64,000 bases of DNA from Patellaria atrata CBS 101060 (Eukaryota): contig MU006096.1 in assembly GCA_010093705.1 (NCBI GenBank), positions 704,004-768,003 on the forward strand, read 5' to 3'. Positions 49,560 through 62,488 of this stretch are shown here, in pieces. The translations under genes were made by a program, and so were the position numbers. The first letter of the stretch is position 1. Every line of letters begins with the position of its first letter. Under the pieces are notes generated by a model that worked only from the letters and a program-made list of their open reading frames with translations, did no database searches and was not told the origin of the DNA.

Positions 49560-50628
49560 CTACGGATTGGGCGCGCAAGGTGCTTGACCACAATCCGGGT
49601 CATTATCATCCTGCCCTGGAACCGGGTTACCGTATTCCTTGAGACAAAAGAATAGTCCATAGCGCTTCCTGCAGGACAATCAGTATTATCTTCGGCTTCA
49701 ACGATTCCAACTTACTGATGCAGGGTAAGCGTAACTATCGGCATTGAGCCTGGCAAGATTCTTGTCCATATTACGTGTCTGTACTGGTCCATAGCCCAGT
49801 GGCTCACCGTTAGCATCCACCAGATCTACGATTGGTGCATTGTAGCTATTATGGTTAGTGAGACGCCTTTAACCTATATCCTCTACAAAGGTGACTCATA
49901 TGGAATGCATTATCTTATCATAATGCCTGAAAATGATCTGTCAGAGCTAGTCTATCACAACCAACTTTTAGGGGACATACGTATATTCATGCAAAAGGGT
50001 CATCCCAAGAGAGTTCATCCTGTAGCTAACATTGTCTCCGAGTTGATCGCAGGTGAGGTACCAGTTTTTCTTGTCTGGAGAGTCTGGATCCGCTCCGTTT
50101 ATAAGGGTGACTCCCTTCTTGTTAAATGCTCTCGGGCAAAGAACTAAAAACACATTGTTCGGGTTGTTTTGGTTGAGGTATGAGATCAGTCTTGGATCTC
50201 CACAAAGTCCATTCGCGTCGGCTTTTTGCAAGAATTATGTCGTTCAGCAAAGGATTTCCAATGATTCCGGCATCAGGGGGAGCAGTGGGATCGGTAAGTA
50301 TCGTATCAAACACCCTTCTCACGTTTGCTTTGTCCCCGGCGTTGAAGTATTTCAAGAATATCGAGTCATCACCGTTGTCAAGGTCGTATATTGCGTAATC
50401 ACAGAGTTCAAAAGCATCATTGAATGCTCCCTCGACTTTCTCACGCCTATTCGGTGGTGTTCCTCGTCAGGAGGTAAGTCATTGTCGCCTGTATCGGGCT
50501 CTCCACGCTTTAGATATCGGAGACGAGACTTGGTCGAAGGCTGATTTTGGCGCCTCAGGGCTGTCGTCAAACTTGCAGTAAGAAGACATGATGCCAGAAT
50601 GATAGACGGTCTGAAAAAAAAGCTGTAT
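49560..50628 (-). pseudogene. Secreted M35-like (lysine-specific/deuterolysin-type) zinc metallopeptidase pseudogene
   Basis: Signal-peptide-like start, FLKYF, LVLCPRAF, TLLHEYT|HY, GYGP, NADSY; start ATG>ATA, about four frameshifts and a GT>AT splice donor at 49899. Confidence 0.82.
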
Positions 50629-51538
50629 GTCTATTGAGCTAAATTCTCGCAGTGAATTGTGAGGAGGCGATGAACTCTCTCGTGAATCGACAGTATTCTA
50701 TACTTGACATAACGTCGTACAAAAACACCACATTTAGAAGGCCTCAGTCCAAAATGGTATCCAACTGCGGCGCTTGTATACAGCGTTCATCCTCAGTATC
50801 GAAATCGAGTATGAAGGAAACAATACCTAACATACCAGTCAGCCCTAAACTATCTCTGTACAGTGCTTGATTAGTACTCAATCCATGTTCTCCACGCCGG
50901 TGAATCATTGAACGAGAATCTAATTGCACATAGGTAAAGTCATACTGGGTTCCTGATCGATCGACGTCCAGCGGTGATCCGACGTACGGAGATAACGCAC
51001 ACAGTTACATTTACCATGCATGTAGCTACATGAAACCCTTTTGATCCAAGTCATCAGTTAGCGACCTATAGGTGGAAATATTTAGGAACTATAGGCGCAA
51101 GCCCTAAGGGTTAGACATAACAAGTCCAAGTTTGTGAGGGCGGCTTACAGCGACAAAGGTACATATGAACAAGATCCATGAAGCAACGAATCAAGAACTT
51201 AAGCTCAACTTAACAGGTGTTTAAGAACCCCAGATTCCTAATACAGCACCCCCAAACCAGAATTAGATCATACTGATCCCCACGTGCGATTTGCGCTTAC
51301 ATAGATAATAAGCCCGCACGCCACTCAGGCCTTGATATTCCAACCTAGTCTGCTTTCGTACGACACAACAAAGTAGCATCTGTATCCTGGAAAAATACCA
51401 ATGCGCATCCTACTTGACATTCCACTGCGCCATACCACTACGTCATAGTTAAAATTATCTTTCGGCGTGGGCAAGCTCCTCAGAAAGATAATAAAACCCT
51501 CCCGCGAGTCTCCGCAGAACAACGCCGGAATCCCCAAA

Positions 51539-52190
51539 ATGTCAGACAACACAGAACAAAATCAAACCGAGAGCCTGACACCCAAAGTCCTCATTTCCCT
51601 TACTCTTTCCCCCTCAACATATCACTTTTCCTCTCCTATCCCTCCAACCCTGAGCCTGAAGCTCACCTCACCTACGCCCTCCCTCTTTACCCTCCGAATT
51701 CCACATGGCTCGCCTCTCGACCCCATAGCTGCTATGAACCAAGGCGGCTTCCCCATCTCCGACCTCTCCACCACACCGCCAACTGAACTCCAGATCACAG
51801 ACCTGAGCGGGAACCTCCACCTCCCGGCACGACCGATCGGGACGCTCACGCTCGGACCGGGAAGGGAGATCGTGCTGCATGTCCCATTCAACAGGGGCGG
51901 GCAGAGGACGGAGCAGTTTAGACCGCAGCCTTGGAGTGTGGTGGAGAGGGGTAGGGTGCTGGATGCTGGATGCTGATGGGAACGAGACGGAGACAAGGAG
52001 GCCGAGTAGGGTGGCGAGCGTGGATGGGTTGGAGGCGGGGAAGAGATATCGGGTCGAGGTTGCGGTGGAGCAGTTGGGGATGGTGAGATGGTGGTGGGGT
52101 GAGGGAAGTGATGCAGAAGGAGAAGAGGTGCAGGAGGGGTTGGAATTTAAGATTGTGGATGGTCTGGTAGAGTTGGGTGTTGAGGAGTGA
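51539..52190 (+). pseudogene. Hypothetical fungal protein with a single frameshift
   Basis: ORFs 51467..51976 and 51879..52190 fuse in frame (FRPQPWSVVERGRVLDADGNETETRR...VDGLEAGKRY) if one copy of the 7-bp TGCTGGA duplication at 51957-51970 is removed. Confidence 0.7.
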
Positions 52191-52421
52191 GGTTTTGCTG
52201 GCGATCGATTGAGATAGATGAAAGAACAGCGACACCAATGGATGCTTGCTGTGCAGTACCTTTATCTAAAAAAAATCAAAAATCAATTACTACTTAATAC
52301 CTTTTTTTATTGTCCTCTCGATCATGCATTGTGTATGTCTCCGCCTTTTCCTAACAGACGTGGTTGTGATCGTCGTCATTAGCTGCGAAAAAAAGACCTC
52401 AAGGGAAAAAAATTCAAAAAG

Positions 52422-52625
52422 AAAACCTCGAAGGGTCCCAGAATACCAGGCGTACTGATTTTGCTGTGGCGAATATATTCAAGGGCTAATGCGTGCGTTT
52501 CGTTTCCTTTGAACCTCAAATGAGAGTCCTTAAGCAGCCACAGACGGGGGATGAACCCACGACCATCTGCAACGCAGGAGGTTGATTTGAGTAAGTACCG
52601 CGTACTACCACTAGGCTATTCGCCC
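52422..52625 (-). mobile_element. tRNA-derived SINE-like / Pol III-type element (candidate)
   Basis: Starts GGGCGAA; A box TAGCCTAGTGG (52618-52608); B-box-like GGTTCATCCC (52557-52548); ends with hairpin plus TTTT; 12/15 direct repeat flanking both ends. Confidence 0.5.
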
Positions 52626-53311
52626 GAGAAATTCAGAAAGGGCCCAGCGGTTTAGCATTCATAAGGTGCGGGAAGAAAGTACGTTTTAGATTCCGCCCGT
52701 GGCTAACTGAGCATGTTTCTAGTGATAAACTTTGGTGAAGAAAGGGAGAAAAACGTGACTTTAATGAAAAGGGGAAGTAGAGCAAGGAACAGGAGCGGGT
52801 TTTGAACTTTTCAATGATAGAAGGTTTCTGCACAACCCCACAAGGCGCTATACTACGAAAGAAAATCAACACACCAAAGAATGAAACTTTATACAACTTT
52901 ACACACGCATAAACTGAGTGGAGCTCGCAGTCTCCAACTAGTCTCTGACACTTTATTAACTGTAGTCTCGTTCCATTTCCCCTCACTTACAGCTGCGCAG
53001 GAGCTAGAACACAGTGACTCTTACATCCACACATCATGTTCCAGCAAATCTAGAGCAAAATGTTCAATCGGTGTCGTCTGACGAAGAGCTTGTAGGAGTC
53101 AGAGACGTCGATAGAAACTCGTTAGTTCTACTCCTTTGGCTAGGCTAGCCCCAAGTATGGTTAGAGGCATAACTCAAACTTAACCCCATCTCTTCTCCTC
53201 CACTTAATACAACTTCATTAAGAGAAGTTCTCGAGTATGACTCCATCTCTACAATATCAGCTTTAAAACAAGTTAGAAGACATGTCTAAATCGATGTTAG
53301 TACAAAGGTAA

Positions 53312-53318
53312 TGAGTCA
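53312..53318. promoter_or_regulatory. Gcn4/CpcA-type TGAGTCA site upstream of the S58 peptidase
   Basis: ATGAGTCAC about 260 bp before the ATG at 53572; motif match only. Confidence 0.35.
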
Positions 53319-53571
53319 CCGGTTGTTTTCTGCAGCTACATAGTTGCTAGCTTTCTACCCCGGGAGACGATCACCATGATTACTAAATAAGCCTGAGGCA
53401 TAAAAGCAAGGAAAGAAGTGGAAGCTAGAGCATATAAAATGATGTTGTACACTACATAAGTGGGTTTCGAGGCATCTCTTAACTTGTCCTACTGTGTCGT
53501 CCTTCTAGTCAAGTTCACTACCTAGGTAGGTTCTATTGCTATTCCATCATTCAGCCTGAGAATAAGCCACA

Positions 53572-54822
53572 ATGTCATCCGCAATCCTTCGCCAGCGCAT
53601 TCGAGAGCTCCTCCCAAGAACACATTTTGGAAATCACCCACCAGGTCCCAAAAATTCCTTAACAGACGTCCCTGGAGTACTCGTCTCAACTCAAGAGATT
53701 CATAGCAAACCCGGGAAACCCGACGGGTCTATCAATACCGGTGTAACATGCGTCCTCCCGCGTAAAGAATTTTTCAACAAGGCCTGCTATGCCGGTCTCT
53801 TCCGCTTCAATGGCTCCGGTGAGATGACAGGGAGCCACTGGATCGAAGAGACCGGGCTACTACACTCACCGATCATTCTCACGAACTCGTTCTCTGTGGC
53901 TCCGGCTTACCAGGGAATCTATGAGTATTGCGTTAGGGAGTATGCAAATGAGAAGGGTCATTGTGATTGGTTTATGCTCCCCGTTGTTACAGAAACATAT
54001 GATGGGTATTTGAATGATATCGGTGCTTTCGCGGTGACGAGCGACCATGTTGTTAAGGCGTTGGATAGTGTAACTGATGCCCCTGTAAGAGAGGGTAACA
54101 CCGGTGGTGGCACCGGGATGATATGCCATTGGGTGAAGGGAGGAACTGGGAGCTCCAGCCGTGTGGTGCTGGGAGTCAAGTACTCGCCATCCGCAAATGG
54201 GGATGACATGAGTACGAAAACAGACTATACCGTTGCGGCTCTTGTACAAGCAAATTATGGCGGTCTCCGCGACTTCCGTATTGCTGGAGTTCCTATCGGA
54301 CGGCATATCATAGCTTCGCTCGCAGAAAAACTTAAGAACGGTGCGACCCCCGAGGATTTCATCGAAGGGGCCGCACTGAAGCAGCTTGAGCGGGCCAAAG
54401 CAAAGAAAGATGGATCCATCATCGTCATTCTGGCAACTGATGCACCACTCCATCCGTTGCAACTTCAAAGACTTGCCAAACGCGCCACTGTCGGTATCTC
54501 CCGCGTCGGCGGCATCGGGCACAATCCCTCGGGCGATATCTTTCTCGCCTTCTCTACAGCGAATGAGATTCCGGTGCAGACGGTTGGAATGGAGAGTAGG
54601 AAGGTAGATCCGTTCACACCCAGTGCATTTCCTGTTGATGTTGTGGACGATAGCACGATCAGTATGCTGTTCGAGGCTGCGGCGGAGGCGACGGAAGAGG
54701 CGATATATAATACTGTTTGTATGGCGGAGACAATGGTCGGGTTAGAGGGAAGGAAGGTAAGTGCATTGGATTTGGGGCTTTTGAAGGAGGTCATGGGGAA
54801 GTATGAGGGGGTGGGTGTGTGA
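53572..54822 (+). CDS. Peptidase family S58 (DmpA-like aminopeptidase), intronless
   Basis: [72 protein letters not shown] autoprocessing site, [19 protein letters not shown]. Confidence 0.93.
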   Translation: MSSAILRQRIRELLPRTHFGNHPPGPKNSLTDVPGVLVSTQEIHSKPGKPDGSINTGVTCVLPRKEFFNKACYAGLFRFNGSGEMTGSHWIEETGLLHSPIILTNSFSVAPAYQGIYEYCVREYANEKGHCDWFMLPVVTETYDGYLNDIGAFAVTSDHVVKALDSVTDAPVREGNTGGGTGMICHWVKGGTGSSSRVVLGVKYSPSANGDDMSTKTDYTVAALVQANYGGLRDFRIAGVPIGRHIIASLAEKLKNGATPEDFIEGAALKQLERAKAKKDGSIIVILATDAPLHPLQLQRLAKRATVGISRVGGIGHNPSGDIFLAFSTANEIPVQTVGMESRKVDPFTPSAFPVDVVDDSTISMLFEAAAEATEEAIYNTVCMAETMVGLEGRKVSALDLGLLKEVMGKYEGVGV

Positions 54823-56183
54823 TGCGACTGCACGAGGAGATGTCGGCTCTGGGTGAGTCTGTCATTTACTGATCTTATTTAAATCTAAAATTTTCCATCT
54901 GAAGATACTTTTGATTACAACTAACAGTGCAATCTCTCCTCCATTGTCCGCAGCCGGAATGCGAAGATATTCGTATCTTTTCGTGGCAAAAAGCATTCAT
55001 CAATGTTCCCTCGGAGTATACGTAAAATAGAACTCAGTTGGGTTCTCAAAAAAAAAAAAAGGGGGCCAAAAGTCTCTTCCATTACTAATGATCATCACCA
55101 CTACGAACGGTTATACCGCTCCTCAGCAAATCTCATTTTCCATACGCATCATCATCAAGTACCAGATCAGGTGGGACTTTACCCCCTTATTAACTTCTTT
55201 TCCAACACTGGGAGCAACGCCAACAGTCCGAATCGCGGAAGACCACCTAAAAGAATGCTCCCCCTTCTCCGTTGAGCTGGAGATCTCAATAAATACGCCC
55301 CGTTATTTTCCAAAGCACAATATATTAATGAGGTGTATTTCGATCCCTCGAATCTTTTGCTGTTGATTCAGAAGGGGAAAAGTTGCGGGAAAGAGGTATT
55401 TAAAGGGAGTGTATGCAGGGAGGAGTCAGCGTAGGTGCGTCTGATGGCGGGTTATGATGTACTCGTGATGAATATGGGCTGTTTCGATGTCTGTATTTCT
55501 CATCCAGTAAAGAAATTCTATGTGATTTCCCCCTTTATTCTCTACACTGGTCCCCGCTACGTCGGTCTTTACTTTGAATTTGCGATAATTTGTGGCTCCA
55601 GATGTTCGATTAATTCCAATCATCGAACGGTTACTAGTCAACCAACAATTATTGATTAATAAATAAGGGAGGAGCATACTTCATTATCTTTTTCTTTATT
55701 TAGAAGGCAAAGTATGAGATCTGCATATCCATGACCTGGAATTAGCTCTAGATGTGGGGTTGAGAAATAAGCGCAGGGTCAGCCAGCCAATTTTTCTACC
55801 TCTTTAACAGCTCGAATACCCTCTTATTAAAGTATGTATACATGGTCTGAATCGTTGTACGCGCTGCGGCTCACTTAATTTAGATATGTGTTACGCCTTT
55901 ATTGTCAAAGTTGCCAATATTTGAGGAATACGCCCTTCTGGTTTGACATGAAACGCACCCTTTCGGGAACGCGCCTTTCCAAGAGCATATATCAGTCTCT
56001 AACACCGATTATCTGAACTCAGTGTCAACCAATGTAATCATCTTCCTTAGAAGTGGACGTATATATTCTAGCGCACCCACACATGCAAACACACACGGGC
56101 AGTAGCCAGTAGTCAATTAGTTTATGTCTTTATGAATCATTTCTATCACATCCTCCATTTCCACCCCTGAACCAACGAACCAG

Positions 56184-57040
56184 ATGGACCCTGTTATCTT
56201 CACACCGAGGCTCAAACTAACTCTCATCACGAGCGCGGAGAGAGGAAGCAAGGAGTTAGAATGGCTGCATGAATTGCGAAGTGATGAGAAGGCGATGTTT
56301 TGGAGGTAAGATAAAGCATCCCTCAAATTTCAAATCCATCCCAATCCTCGTTTCTCAGTTCCCCTATCCTAGTCCTAAAGTCTGGTTCTCGATGATTGTA
56401 TAAGTTGATTTGCCGTAACCGGTCGATTGATTGACATCATGTGTCCAGTATCTACCCGCGCTCAACATCCATCTCCGACACTGAGAAAGCCATAAAGGCC
56501 TATCTTCCGACCCGGTCTGACTCGCCCGAAAAGTCGTACAGAATCGTCTACGCGGTACACGTACTACTAGACCCTAAGGATGCCCCGAGTTGTGTTTCTG
56601 CTTCCATTCCGCCGGAACCGCATTCGCAACCCGCTACCCCAACTCGATTCATCGGTCTTACGACTTTAGTATCCGTGGGTGCTAACGGACTCTCGCTACC
56701 ACAAGAATTAACGCTTCCAGCTGTGGTCGCAGCTACAACGTTGACCGTGGAACTTGCCTACTCATTCCTGCCCCAGAGTTGGAATAAGGGATACGCCACC
56801 GAGGCTATTTCGGCCGTCTTCGACGCCTGTAAGAGGGTACCTTCGTTCTGGATGCCGTGGGAGAAGGTGTACGTTAGGGCGATTGTGAACGCCGAGAATC
56901 CGGCGAGCTTGCGAGTGATGGAGAAGAGCGAAATGGCGATGAGGGGTATTTATGAGTGGACCGGGAAAGCTATTTTTGTTGCTGGACAGTGGAAAGAGCG
57001 GGATACTCTTCATATTTTTGGGGGGTATTTGATGGATTGA
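56184..57040 (+). CDS. GNAT family N-acetyltransferase (RimJ/RimL-like)
   Basis: MDPVIFTPRLKL...WLHELRSD...WS|IY; ELAYSFLPQSWNKGYATEA, NPASLRVMEK; intron 56306-56448. Confidence 0.88.
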
Positions 57041-60000
57041 GGAGGAGAAAAGGTAGGAGTTGACATACCTGTCGGCTTTGATATTCTTTTCCCCTTGGTC
57101 AATTCCATATTTTACTGTAGATTTCCTTGTTTTATAAAATTTTTGTCAGGAATGTTCTCTGCCACTATCCTTTACCCCTGATTACTGCCATCATCATTAT
57201 CCTCATCAGCATGCACCCATATCTCCGTAACCACTGTTCAGATTCATTCCATATCACTTAAAATCGAAAACTTCGCTCACAATTACAGAGGAGCTCTAAT
57301 GGATGATAATACCGCATAATTAAGGTCCAATCGCACACGATTTCCAGAAGTGTTCTAACAATAACTTTTTTCCCTAGTCAGTGATTGAGCAGTATAAGAG
57401 CTGAAGTAGAGGACAAATTTTTGAGGAAGAATGGAGGGGATCATGCATGACAAGTGTACGTATTAGTATAGCTTGCGTGATGGTTACGGGCTCAGCTCAT
57501 GTAGTAACATGACATATATACATGAGTGCATCACATAACCACTCGTGGAAGAAGTCATCCGAGCTTAAGGAGGTGAGTTAGACGTCCGAGCTAGGAGCAT
57601 GATAGATTAATATCTGATTGATCAGATCTATATCTAGAAGTGGAAGCCATTTTTGTTTCTCGAAAAAGATTTGCAATCATTCTCGCTACCCTTTCCGTGG
57701 AGGTCATGTCCGTTATAGATCATTTAGGGGAACTTTGCGCCGAATAACCTGACTTGTTGTCTAATTCTGCCCAGGGGACGCAATTATTAAAGCTCTAGTC
57801 TAAATCAATGGACTATGGAAGACTGAGAACCTGTTCTTAGTGATAATCGTTCTTACCGGGCGTTCATTTTGACTCTGCTATTTAGCATTAAGCATAGTCG
57901 ATACTACTTATCATCAATATTACAATACCACCTCCAACTATCTCTAATGACCTATCTTTTTTATATCTTTGGCCCATTTCTTCAAGGAACATCCAAGCAA
58001 AAGAACATACGATTCATCCCTGCACTGGGTTTCCCTTAGGGGAAACACAAGCAATAGGCAACAGTATTGGCTTTAGTTTTTCTTCGACAATTTATTTTTG
58101 AGTTCATAGTGAAGAGCAGTGAGGACTATTAACTATTTAAGGGAGAGAAAAGAGATGTTACGGATGTATGTGCCTGTGACGAATGTGTTTTTGTGCTCGT
58201 AAAGAAGACCATGGAAAAATATAAGGCGATTTGGCATTGACATCTAACTAGGTGCATAAGAAATGTCATGGTCGGGTGGAGGGTCTCTCTTTAAATTAGA
58301 ATTGGGGTTTGAGAAAGCAAGTTCTCTTTTGCATTCTTGAGCAGTCTGAGAGTTTCGTATTTGTCTCTTACCGGAACTTGCGGTTATGAACGGCTTTTGA
58401 TTCGAGAAAGCGATCACATTGGGATGCTCCATGTCTAGCCGCCAGGTCCAATTTTTCTTTTGCTGAGGGGGGGAAGGAGCAGTATTGTTGTTCGAAACAA
58501 CCTCAGTGGAGAATAGAAAGACCATGAACCGGTTCTTAGATCATCATCTCTGAACTCTCATACAGCTAATCAGCATTACCCTTCCTCGATACACAGCATT
58601 ATAAATCTGTTAATCACTTTCTACAGTGTCCCATAACTGATATTCTCCTCATTCTTCCTTATCCAAAGCAAACGCCGACAACTAAAGGGACGAAAACATT
58701 ATACAAGCAAGGCGGTGGGGGTCAATAGACTTGAGATTCGAATCTCTGGATCTGTTGTGAGAGGTAAGGTGTAAAGCTTCAGTGGTCATCCAGGTAGACT
58801 CTTTTAGAATGAATTGTTAAGTTATTAAAGAGGACTGGGGAAGGCGAGTATTTTAATGAGAGAAAAGAGGCTTACGTAGGAAACACTCGCGTGGCCGCAG
58901 ATTTACAGATATACAGTATGCTGCGTGGATGAGGAGAATGACATATGACGAACGTGGTGTATGTTGGCTCTTACACGGAGCTTTGGGGGATCTTGATGGG
59001 TTTAGGGGAGGAATTAGTAAGAGAAAGGGGTTAAATATCCTCTTTTTGCCTCCGCAGACATACGTATATCTTATTACATCCAGGGTAGAACCCATTTCTG
59101 TCAGGTGATACCAACGAGTACTATCTCGGAATAGGTCCATAAGAGCGTTGAGACTCATTTGAGATCCTATGCCGAGGCGAAAGCACCACATACCAAGGAC
59201 TGAGTCATCCCGAGTCTAAAACTGACCATTAGGTCTTGCCGGGTCAATGCATATTATAATCACTGTTCAGTCCTCATCACTGTCACACTCTCATTCTTTG
59301 AACCAAGAATCTTCAGAGTATCGAACTCACCCAACAACGAGAACCGAAGCAAGGCGAAGGGTCCACAAAAAGACAATGATACAAGCTTTGTGGCATTTCC
59401 GCATAATGGAAGAGCATTTAATAACTACACTAGGGGTTTCTCTGAGGTGCTTTGAGAAGAAAGAAAGAGGAGATCAGAAGAGAGAAGGGCTTCTAGCAGG
59501 TTAACTGCATGTGCTACGTTTTACCCCGAGTCACCAGCTAAGGCTACTAAGCTAACCTGGTAAGACGTATCATGGAGCAGTGACATATAGATTGAGAGTG
59601 GATGTGACTATACTCGTACGGAGCGTTTAAACACGCTCTTCATTATCCTATATAGAGGTAAATGGCCAACATTTGTGCCCCGTTTCCCAAACAATAATGG
59701 AGGATTGAAAGTCTAAAGCTGGTGCTTCATCAATTTTCTCATTGTAGATTAACCGGTGAAACTAGTCCCACGATAGAGGGGGGTTGGGGAAGGTGACTCA
59801 TTAGGTAGTTTTTTAAGAAATGCTTACTTTACTTTACTGACGTACAGCTTGCCTCCTGTTCCAGAGGAAGGAACGAAGACAGAATGTGATATTCTAAGGA
59901 GGGAAGGGGTAAAATGCTACATGTGACATGATACATTACTTAATGCTACGTAAAATGTAATGACACTTACAGGGACTCTTCCTTATCCATAAATCTCATT

Positions 60001-60727
60001 TACTGAAATGACGTGAGCGACATGACATTCTGTGGGAAGTGTGTTGTGGACCGGACTCAAGAGACTTTCAGATATAGTTTATATTATGATGGAGGGAGAA
60101 CCGTTGGGTTCTGCGGATATCCTCGCCATCTAAATACAGGATTATGTTCTGTAGAAGATTGGTGGATTGTACGATGGTGATATCCATTACCGGAGAGAGA
60201 TAATACATCTCGATATTACGAGAAGAAGATGAATAGTGCCATGACTCTACGGTTTGCAGCCATCTAGTGAGGAAGTTTCGCTTTCATAATGTCTTGTCTG
60301 TGCATATTGTGATGTGGCAAGACGACAGTCACCAATTGTAGCGGATACAATATGGAAGCGGTTGATAGGAACACGGAAGGATCCTAAAGTTCATGGCTAG
60401 GATGACTAAGGTAATCTTCCACACAACTTTAGAAACTCTTTGAGAAGATCAATGATTAAGGTACTGTTGTTCTTTTCAGTTGCTAGATTTGGGGGATCAG
60501 GGATGACTAAGATGGAAAAGAAGACATAAGGGCGATAATGTCACCAGGTTCGCCAAGGAAAATGGCCCAGAAATTTTCGAAGTTGAGTATGATATAAGGA
60601 GAGAACGTGGTATAGCCAAAATACTCTTGGGGTCATATGACGCTAAATGATACGTCAAAAACATAGTCCTCCAACGCCAGTGAAATGCTGGTGAAATACA
60701 GCTCATATAAAGTCTTACAATATGATT

Positions 60728-61834
60728 CTACTGCCAAATGGTAATCAGTTCTTCGCTCACAGCACTTGGGGTCAATACACCGCTTTCTGTTATAATGCCT
60801 GATATCAAGTTCGGTGGCTGATGATCAAGTTAGCTTGACTGGATCCCTTGCTAACAACAACTAAGGGAGGGTCTTACTGTGAAATCAACGGCATCTTTTA
60901 GCCCCGTCTTTATGGGTCTAACATTTTCTTCAGTGTTATCAGCTTCCATCCCTACTCCTTCATCCACATCCGCCTTCCTGACGGTGGGTTCATCAGCTTC
61001 GCCATCGACCTTGAATTCGATAACCCGCTGATTGATTGGTAAATCGTACTGGCCTAGCGGGTACAGCCTAACAAACTTGTGACTTTCTGCTACCACGTAG
61101 AATGGCTTTCCCGCACTCTTTGCTAAGAGGCCCATTTGATATGTGCCTAGCCGACTTATGATACCTCCATTTTCGACCACACCCTCTGCACCCACTATGC
61201 ACATATCAACTTGCCCCAATGAGTAGGCAACTGCTGATTCCGGTATAGTCGCAACTGGGACACCCTTCTTGCGTAGCGTTGCGACTATCGCACTGCCCTC
61301 AGACGCTTCCGATGCCTGGGGTTGAACGTATATCACTCGAAACCTAATATTCCCCTTTGTTGAATCTACCGCGGACTCCAATAGCGCGCCCACAACTCTT
61401 GAACCACCATTGGTCAAAACTGTCGCACCATCTCTAACAAAGTGCCTTCCGAATCCTGCGATCTTCTGCCTGCTCTCTTTCGCGCGCTCTACGAACAGCC
61501 GTCCGTTACTGAGTAGGTGCGTTCTAATGGCATTAAAGTCGCCTCCACCAGCAGGCCGCTGCAGACTGTTTATTAGGTACCGCTGGAAGAGATCCGTGCC
61601 TGCAGATAGAGAGATGGGATTGGGGATGGCGTCTTTGAGCGTTTGTGAGTAGGTGCTTAGGAGGTCGAGGGTTTCAGAAATTGTGGATGCAGAGGAGCTA
61701 CCGAGAGCTTCGACTAGAGATTCAATAGCTGCAACCGGCATGGTGAGGTCGGGATCATCTTTCAGAAGGCGTTTGTATGCGCCTACAATGTCGAAAGGGA
61801 GAGAGGTTGAAGCTGGTTGCGCTGCGGGCGCCAT
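60728..61834 (-). CDS. GCN3: Translation initiation factor eIF2B alpha subunit
   Basis: DPDLTMPVAAIESL, SLSAGTDLF, SRVV, VGAEGVVENGGII...GTYQ, PFYVVAESHKFVRLYPL.Q, VDFT|PP...LTPSAVSEEL; intron 60818-60877. Confidence 0.95.
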
Positions 61835-62488
61835 GATTGAAGTGGTTGTCTTGGACAATGGTTGGGGAATGAGAGAAATGAATCGCAGGCGCAACAGAGT
61901 GTATATTCTGCGTTAGTGAAATGCGTGCAAAGTATTCTACGTTTCTCTCTCTTAAATTTATCTCTGACTTGCGAAATTTTCGTTTGATAAATCTCTGGTA
62001 AACGTACTCCGTGCAAGTGATGATTTAGGCATGGATTTCCGGTGAAGAGAACGCACGCTGGTAGGGTTTGCGGTTCGGGGATAGATTTTGGAGTAATGGG
62101 CTTGATTTTGCTCAATGATTATCTTAAGGATATGAATCTCTGTTGGTGTATTGAGCGATTGACCAAATTGTTGGAGTGAGCACAAGTGGGGGTTGTAATT
62201 TCGAACTTTGATAGATATCAATGACTCGAGTGCCAAGACACTAACTTCCAATCCCTCGCTCATAGCTAAAGGGGGTCGAGAAGGACTTTTTCTCCATCGC
62301 CATCATTCACCTCTTCTCTTGTAGTTCATCTATAATATATTCCTTTCTCTCTCTCCTCATTTAGTCAACCTCTTTTTCTTCCCTCTTTGATCTCGTACCT
62401 CGACTGCAACCCCCCGCAGAGTACTACGAATGACTAGCATTTGAAAAATATAGCTCGAATACATCCAGACGACTTCCAGTGGAAAGTC

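Noticed and set aside
52530..52625. Functional tRNA gene
   Set aside because: No 3' acceptor strand complementary to GGGCGAA directly after the T-arm, and no clean anticodon arm
52330..52625. U1 snRNA, hammerhead or HDV-like ribozyme (TACTTAC, CTAATGA and GGCGAAT words)
   Set aside because: Could not build the required cores: no AUUGCAC loop, no GAAA after a stem II, no nested pseudoknot
60180..60235. Kinase-like IIHLDI fragment
   Set aside because: No DFG, APE or glycine-rich loop in compatible frames, and many stops nearby
57050..60600. Hidden gene or element in the long intergenic stretch
   Set aside because: Only short ORFs and weak CATG-rich patches; no TIR, LTR or TSD could be supported
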